DNA of 64,000 nucleotides from Gemmatimonadaceae bacterium (lineage in GTDB: Bacteria; Gemmatimonadota; Gemmatimonadetes; Gemmatimonadales; Gemmatimonadaceae). The position numbers and the translations under genes were made by a program. The DNA lies in the NCBI GenBank assembly GCA_045804285.1, contig JBJMNL010000240.1, forward strand, positions 5,821-69,820. The letters run 5' to 3'. Below the pieces are notes generated by a model, which saw nothing but the letters and a program-made list of their open reading frames with translations, was not told the DNA's origin and did no database searches. Shown in pieces: positions 58,393 to 64,000 of this stretch; the stretch's first letter is position 1, and the number at the start of each line of letters is the position of its first letter.

Positions 58393-58428
58393 GTGCTACC
58401 TTCCCGGTGGGGGGGCCCCCCCGCGCGC
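58393..58428 (-). repeat. Conserved G-run/C-run element just downstream of the argS stop
   Basis: GTGCTACCTTCCCGGT GGGGGGG CCCCCCC GCGCGC. The first 15 nt are identical to 10377-10391. Confidence 0.7.
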
Positions 58429-58436
58429 GACGCGGC

Positions 58437-60203
58437 TCACATGCGCTCGGGCGCCGTGATGCCGAGGATCGACAGCCCGTTCCGCAGCACCACCTGCGTC
58501 GCGCGCGCGAGCACGAGGCGGGCGCGGGTGATGGGCTCGGGCTCGTCGAGGACGTGGTGCTTGTGGTACCAGCTGCTCGCCTTCCGCGCGGTCTCGAGCA
58601 GGTAGCTCGCCACGCGGTGCGGCTCGAGCGCCTCGGCGGCGCCGGCGACGAGCGGCGGGAAGTCGAGCAGCGCCTTCGTGAGCTCGACCTCCTCCGGCTC
58701 CGAGAGCACGGCCAGGTCGACCCCCTGCCCCGTGATCGACTCCGGCGCGACGCCGCCGTTGCGGAAGATGCCGGCCATCCGCGCGTGCTGCATCTGGATG
58801 TAATAGACCGGGTTCTCTTCCGACTGCTGCGACGCGAGGTCGACGTCGAAGACGAGCTGCGAGTCGCCCTTCCGCATCAGGAAGAAGTAGCGCACGGCGT
58901 CGCGTCCGACGGCGTCGATCAGGTCGCGCACGGTGACGTAGCTGCCGGCGCGCTTGGAGATCTTCACCTCCTCGCCGCCGCGCATGACGGTCACCATCTG
59001 GTGCAGCACGTAGTCCGGGTACCCCTGCGGGATGCCGGCGCTGAGCGCCTGGAGGCCGGCGCGAACGCGGGTCACGGTGCTGTGGTGGTCGGCGCCCTGC
59101 ACGTTGATGGCGCGCCGGAAGCCGCGCTTCCACTTGGTGACGTGATAGGCGACGTCGGGGACGAAGTACGTGTAGGAGCCGTCGCGCTTGCGCATCACGC
59201 GGTCCTTGTCGTCGCCGAGCTCGGTCGTGCGCAGCCAGAGCGCGCCGTCCTGCTCGTAGGTCATCCCCACGTCCACGAGCGACTCGACGGTCTCCTCGAC
59301 CTTGCCGTCGCTGTACAGCGACGACTCGAGGAAGTAGCTGTCGAACTTGACGCCGAACGCCTGGAGGTCGAGGTCCTGCTCGCGCCGCAGGGCAGCCACG
59401 GCGTAGGCGCGCAGCTCGCCGAAGAGCGTCCGATCGAGATCGGCGACGGCCCGCGCGCGAAGCACGATCTGCTCCTTCTCGTCCTCAGTGGCGGCCATCG
59501 CGTCGCCGGCCGCGGCGAGCGCGCGGGCGCCCGCGAGCAGCACGTCGCGGACCGCGTCGCCCCCGCCGCGCTCGGCGAGGAAGCGCTGCGCGATCTCGCG
59601 GATGTAGTCGCCGTGGTAGGCGAAGCGCGGCATGGCGACCGGCGCGCCGAGCTCCTGCGCCGCGCGCAGCCAGACGCTCGCGGCGAGGTTCTCGATCTGC
59701 ACCCCGGCGTCGTTGTAGTAGAACTCGCGCGAGACGTCCGCCCCGTTCCACGAGAGCAGCGTCGCGATGGCGTCGCCGAGCGCGGCCTGGCGGCCGTGCC
59801 CCACGTGCAGCGGCCCCGTGGGATTCGCGGAGACGAACTCGACGACCGTCCGCATCCCGCCGGCGCGATCCGAGCGGCCGTACTCCTCGCCGGCGGCGAT
59901 GATCTGCGGCAGCCCGCCGGCCACCGCGGCCGGGTCGAGGCGGAAGTTGATGAAGCCGGGCCCCGCGATCTCGGCGCTGCTCACCCCCGCCGCGCGCAGG
60001 TCGGCGCCGTCGATGAGCGCCTGGGCCACCTCGCGCGGCTTGCGGCCGAGCGGCCGGGCGAGCGTCATGGCGAGGTTCGTCGCCCAGTCGCCGAACGCGG
60101 GGTCGCGCGGGCGCTCGAGCACGACGTCCAAGGGCTCCGGCGCGCCGAGGCGGCGCGCGGACTCGGCGAGGACGCCGCGGATCGCGTCGGCGGTCGCGCT
60201 CAT
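58437..60203 (-). CDS. argS: Arginyl-tRNA synthetase
   Basis: Start MSATADAIRGVL at 60203 (ATGA overlap with the upstream stop). It contains SANPTGPLHVGHGR (HIGH) and ends ..ITAPERM. Confidence 0.95.
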   Translation of the reverse strand: MSATADAIRGVLAESARRLGAPEPLDVVLERPRDPAFGDWATNLAMTLARPLGRKPREVAQALIDGADLRAAGVSSAEIAGPGFINFRLDPAAVAGGLPQIIAAGEEYGRSDRAGGMRTVVEFVSANPTGPLHVGHGRQAALGDAIATLLSWNGADVSREFYYNDAGVQIENLAASVWLRAAQELGAPVAMPRFAYHGDYIREIAQRFLAERGGGDAVRDVLLAGARALAAAGDAMAATEDEKEQIVLRARAVADLDRTLFGELRAYAVAALRREQDLDLQAFGVKFDSYFLESSLYSDGKVEETVESLVDVGMTYEQDGALWLRTTELGDDKDRVMRKRDGSYTYFVPDVAYHVTKWKRGFRRAINVQGADHHSTVTRVRAGLQALSAGIPQGYPDYVLHQMVTVMRGGEEVKISKRAGSYVTVRDLIDAVGRDAVRYFFLMRKGDSQLVFDVDLASQQSEENPVYYIQMQHARMAGIFRNGGVAPESITGQGVDLAVLSEPEEVELTKALLDFPPLVAGAAEALEPHRVASYLLETARKASSWYHKHHVLDEPEPITRARLVLARATQVVLRNGLSILGITAPERM

Positions 60204-60532
60204 TCGCCGCCCGACGCCGGCTTCGAGGCGGGGGGGGACGACGCCGCCGCGGCGGGCGCGGCGGCGGGCTTGCTCTCGCCCCCCTTCGACTCGCCGCCCG
60301 AAGTGGCGCCCTCGGCCGGCTTGGCGGCGGCCTTCTGGTCCTTCTTGCCGTCCTTGCCGTAGTCCGTGATGTAGAAGCCCGACCCCTTGAAGTGGAGCCC
60401 GGCGCCGCCGGAGATCCGGCGCTCGGCCGGCGCGCCGCACTCGGGGCACGGGAGCGAGCTCTGGGACTCGCTGATCTTGCAGAATCGATCGAAGTCGTGC
60501 CCCGTCGGGCAACGATACTCGTAAGTCGGCAT
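60200..60532 (-). CDS. FmdB-family zinc-ribbon protein with a low-complexity C-terminal tail
   Basis: MPTYEYRCPTGHDFD .. LPCPECGAP .. FKGSGFYITDY, followed by a K/A/G/S/P-rich tail. Confidence 0.8.
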   Translation of the reverse strand: MPTYEYRCPTGHDFDRFCKISESQSSLPCPECGAPAERRISGGAGLHFKGSGFYITDYGKDGKKDQKAAAKPAEGATSGGESKGGESKPAAAPAAAASSPPASKPASGGE

Positions 60533-60676
60533 TGGCCTATGACTTAGATGCATGAGACTGAGCCCATCAAAGCTAGTCGGCCCGGCAGCGTCGTACAAGG
60601 CGACGCGGCCGGGCCGGGATGCTGGCTGAGCGCCTGCGCGCGGCCCGAATGACCTCGGCCGCGGCGGCGTGGGACG

Positions 60677-61294
60677 TCAGGCGGCGAGATCCGCCGCGCG
60701 GGCGCTCGCGTCGCGCGCGACCTTGAGCGCGCGAGCCCACCAGACGAGCTGGTCGAACAGCGCCGAGCGGCTCGCCGCGAGGTACGGATAGTCCGCGAGC
60801 GTCTTGCCGTGCATCAGCAGGCCGAGGAACGGCTCCATCCCGATGTGTACGGCCTGCTTGACGGGCGCCATCTGCAGCTCGATGGCGGTCATCCGGAGCT
60901 GCTCCACCGCGCGCGCGCCGCCCACCCCGCCGTAGCCGACGAAGCCGATCGGCTTGCCGCTCCATTCGTTGAACGCCGAATCGAACGCGTTCTTGAGCAC
61001 GGCCGTCGGGCCGTGGTTGTACTCGGCCGCGGTCGCGATGAAGCCGTCGAACTCCCCGATCCTGTGGCGCCAGCGCTCGGCCACAGGGTTCGAGTACGTG
61101 CCGCCGGTCGCGAGGGGCGAGGCCGGCTCCTCGTAGAATGGGAGCGGCCAATCGCGGAGGTCGAGGACCTCGAGCATGAAATCAGATCGTGCCGCCGCGC
61201 CCTCCTGGACCCAGCGGGCCGGGACGTCGGCGAAGCGGTTCGGGCGCGTGCTGCCGATGATGAGCGCGAGCTTGATGGTGTCGGGTGTCGTCAT
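60677..61294 (-). CDS. NAD(P)H-dependent FMN reductase family protein
   Basis: IKLALIIGSTRPNRF .. FIATAAEYNHGPTAVLKNAFD .. GFVGYGGVGG. Confidence 0.85.
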   Translation of the reverse strand: MTTPDTIKLALIIGSTRPNRFADVPARWVQEGAAARSDFMLEVLDLRDWPLPFYEEPASPLATGGTYSNPVAERWRHRIGEFDGFIATAAEYNHGPTAVLKNAFDSAFNEWSGKPIGFVGYGGVGGARAVEQLRMTAIELQMAPVKQAVHIGMEPFLGLLMHGKTLADYPYLAASRSALFDQLVWWARALKVARDASARAADLAA

Positions 61295-61328
61295 CTGCCC
61301 CTGGTGACTCCGTAACGATTGGTGTGTA

Positions 61329-61345
61329 GGTTACTATCGGTAACC
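61329..61345. promoter_or_regulatory. Palindrome GGTTAC-N5-GTAACC in the divergent FMN-reductase/hxlR region (candidate operator)
   Basis: Read directly. The surrounding ~60 nt are the lowest-GC stretch of this intergenic region. Confidence 0.35.
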
Positions 61346-61419
61346 AACAACAACCTAGGGGCGGCGGTCGGCGCGGTGAAGAACGCACGCGAACGTGCCT
61401 CGGTAACACGGGAGGAACG

Positions 61420-61860
61420 GTGGCAGCACAGACGACGCGCACCCGGACGGGCGCGGGCGGTAGTCGCGTACGACCGCCAGAGCTCGAGCTCACCGAGGGG
61501 AATTGCCGCGCGCGCGAGATGCTCGACCGGGTGGGCGACAAGTGGTCCGTGTACGCGATCCACGTGCTCGGCGCCGCGGGCACGCTGCGCTTCGGGGAGC
61601 TGCGGCGGTCCATCGACGGCATCAGCCAACGGATGCTCACCGTGACGCTCCGCGGGCTGGAGCGGGACGGGATCGTCCGCCGGACCATGTACCCCGAGGT
61701 GCCGCCGCGCGTCGAGTACACCCTCACCCCGCTCGGGGCGACGCTGCGGGACATCGTGCGGTCGCTGGTCGAGTGGTCGGAGGCGCACCTCGCCGAGATC
61801 GATGCCGCGCGCGCGCGATACGACCAGCAGGAGCGCGGCTGGGCGGCTGCAGCGGACTGA
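61420..61860 (+). CDS. HxlR-family transcriptional regulator
   Basis: GTG at 61420 with GGAGG at 61411. Motifs read CRAREMLDRVGDKWSVYAIHVL, LRFGELRRSIDGISQRMLTVTLRGLERDGIV and VEYTLTPLG. Confidence 0.9.
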   Translation: MAAQTTRTRTGAGGSRVRPPELELTEGNCRAREMLDRVGDKWSVYAIHVLGAAGTLRFGELRRSIDGISQRMLTVTLRGLERDGIVRRTMYPEVPPRVEYTLTPLGATLRDIVRSLVEWSEAHLAEIDAARARYDQQERGWAAAAD

Positions 61861-61888
61861 GCGGGGTGCTCGTCGGCGTGCGGGGTGC

Positions 61889-63514
<1,626 letters not shown>

Positions 63515-63548
63515 GTGGCAAAAGCTAGCGGATACCGGGGCAAAGGGA

Positions 63549-63651
63549 GGGGCGGAATGAGGAACGAGGAATGAGGGCCGGGAGGCTTCGGGGGGCCATG
63601 CCGGCCACCGCTAGCCTCCCGACCCTCATTCCTCGTTCCTCATTCCGCCCC
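63549..63651. repeat. GGAAYGA-family heptamer-arm palindromic element, copy 3 (best preserved)
   Basis: Left arm 63549-63585 reads GGGGC GGAATGA GGAACGA GGAATGA GGGCCGG GAGG. It pairs 36/37 with 63615-63651, with a 29-nt loop. Confidence 0.9.
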
Positions 63652-63684
63652 TGCCGTTCAGTCCCTGCCGTTCAGTCCCTGCAG
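63649..63684. repeat. Tandem 14-mer CCCTGCCGTTCAGT x2.5
   Basis: ccctgccgttcagt ccctgccgttcagt ccctgcag, between element copy 3 and the fbp stop. Confidence 0.85.
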
Positions 63685-63693
63685 CGGACCCGC

Positions 63694-64000
63694 CTACGCC
63701 GCTCCCGCTCCCGCCATCGCCTGCGACCCCAGCATCTGATGCGCCGTCTCCACGTCCAGCTTGCTGCCGATGAAGAGCGGCGTGCGCTGGTGAAGCTCGG
63801 TGGGCTGGATGTCGAGGATGCGCTGGCGACCGTCGCAGGCGGCGCCGCCGGCCTGCTCGCAGATGAAGGCGAGGGGGCTCGCCTCGTAGAGCAGGCGCAG
63901 CTTGCCGTTCGGGCTCTTGCGGTTCGCCGGGTACGCGAAGATGCCACCGCCGAGCAGGTTGCGGTGGAAGTCGGCGACGAGGGAGCCGACGTAGCGCACG
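63694..64000 (-). CDS. fbp: Fructose-1,6-bisphosphatase class 1 (C-terminal part; the 5' end lies beyond the window)
   Basis: [24 protein letters not shown] .. [21 protein letters not shown]. Confidence 0.85.
   Translation of the reverse strand, partial: VRYVGSLVADFHRNLLGGGIFAYPANRKSPNGKLRLLYEASPLAFICEQAGGAACDGRQRILDIQPTELHQRTPLFIGSKLDVETAHQMLGSQAMAGAGAA

Overview
This is a very GC-rich bacterial chromosome segment. The gene content (Bat/MoxR operon, CarboxypepD_reg/plug proteins, a T9SS/FlgD-type C-terminal domain, HprK) looks Gemmatimonadota/FCB-like to me, but that is inference, not a search result. I call 61 protein genes (one probable pseudogene), 57 of them on the minus strand. They are tightly packed and often translationally coupled through ATGA/GTGA/TGATG overlaps. 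There are also 2 tRNA-Ser genes and 1 cobalamin riboswitch.

The content is mostly housekeeping:
- mutL
- a six-gene MoxR-DUF58-DUF4381-like-BatA-BatB/C-BatD/E operon
- rluB-scpB-scpA-M50 protease
- rpsT
- pyrR-pyrB-pyrC
- a SARP regulator
- tadA and clpB
- an Mla/Mce-like ABC operon
- selB and recO
- a riboswitch-controlled btuF-btuC-btuD-btuB operon
- ahcY-metK
- an hpf-hprK-EIIA/B/C/D(Man)-ptsH-ptsI cluster
- ribD-ribE-ribBA-ribH-nusB
- pfkB-purM
- argS
- an HxlR/FMN-reductase pair
- the methylmalonyl-CoA mutase catalytic subunit
- fbp

I saw no mobile elements, CRISPR arrays or recognisable defence genes, and I did not find a convincing novel protein-coding system.

The most unusual signal is non-coding. 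At least seven intergenic hairpins have arms built from tandem heptamers (7-nt periodicity). Three are copies of one GGAAYGA family; four have unrelated sequence but the same architecture. They are accompanied by short tandem repeats and a conserved G-run/C-run element downstream of stop codons.

Other notable points are an in-frame TAG in the PqiC-like lipoprotein together with degenerate ATPase motifs in the same Mla-like operon, SARP-type heptamer direct repeats at 11-bp spacing, and an unclassified metK leader.

All product calls come from reading motifs by eye. Hand-refined start codons were checked for frame against the ORF track. Hairpin and repeat coordinates may be off by a few nt.
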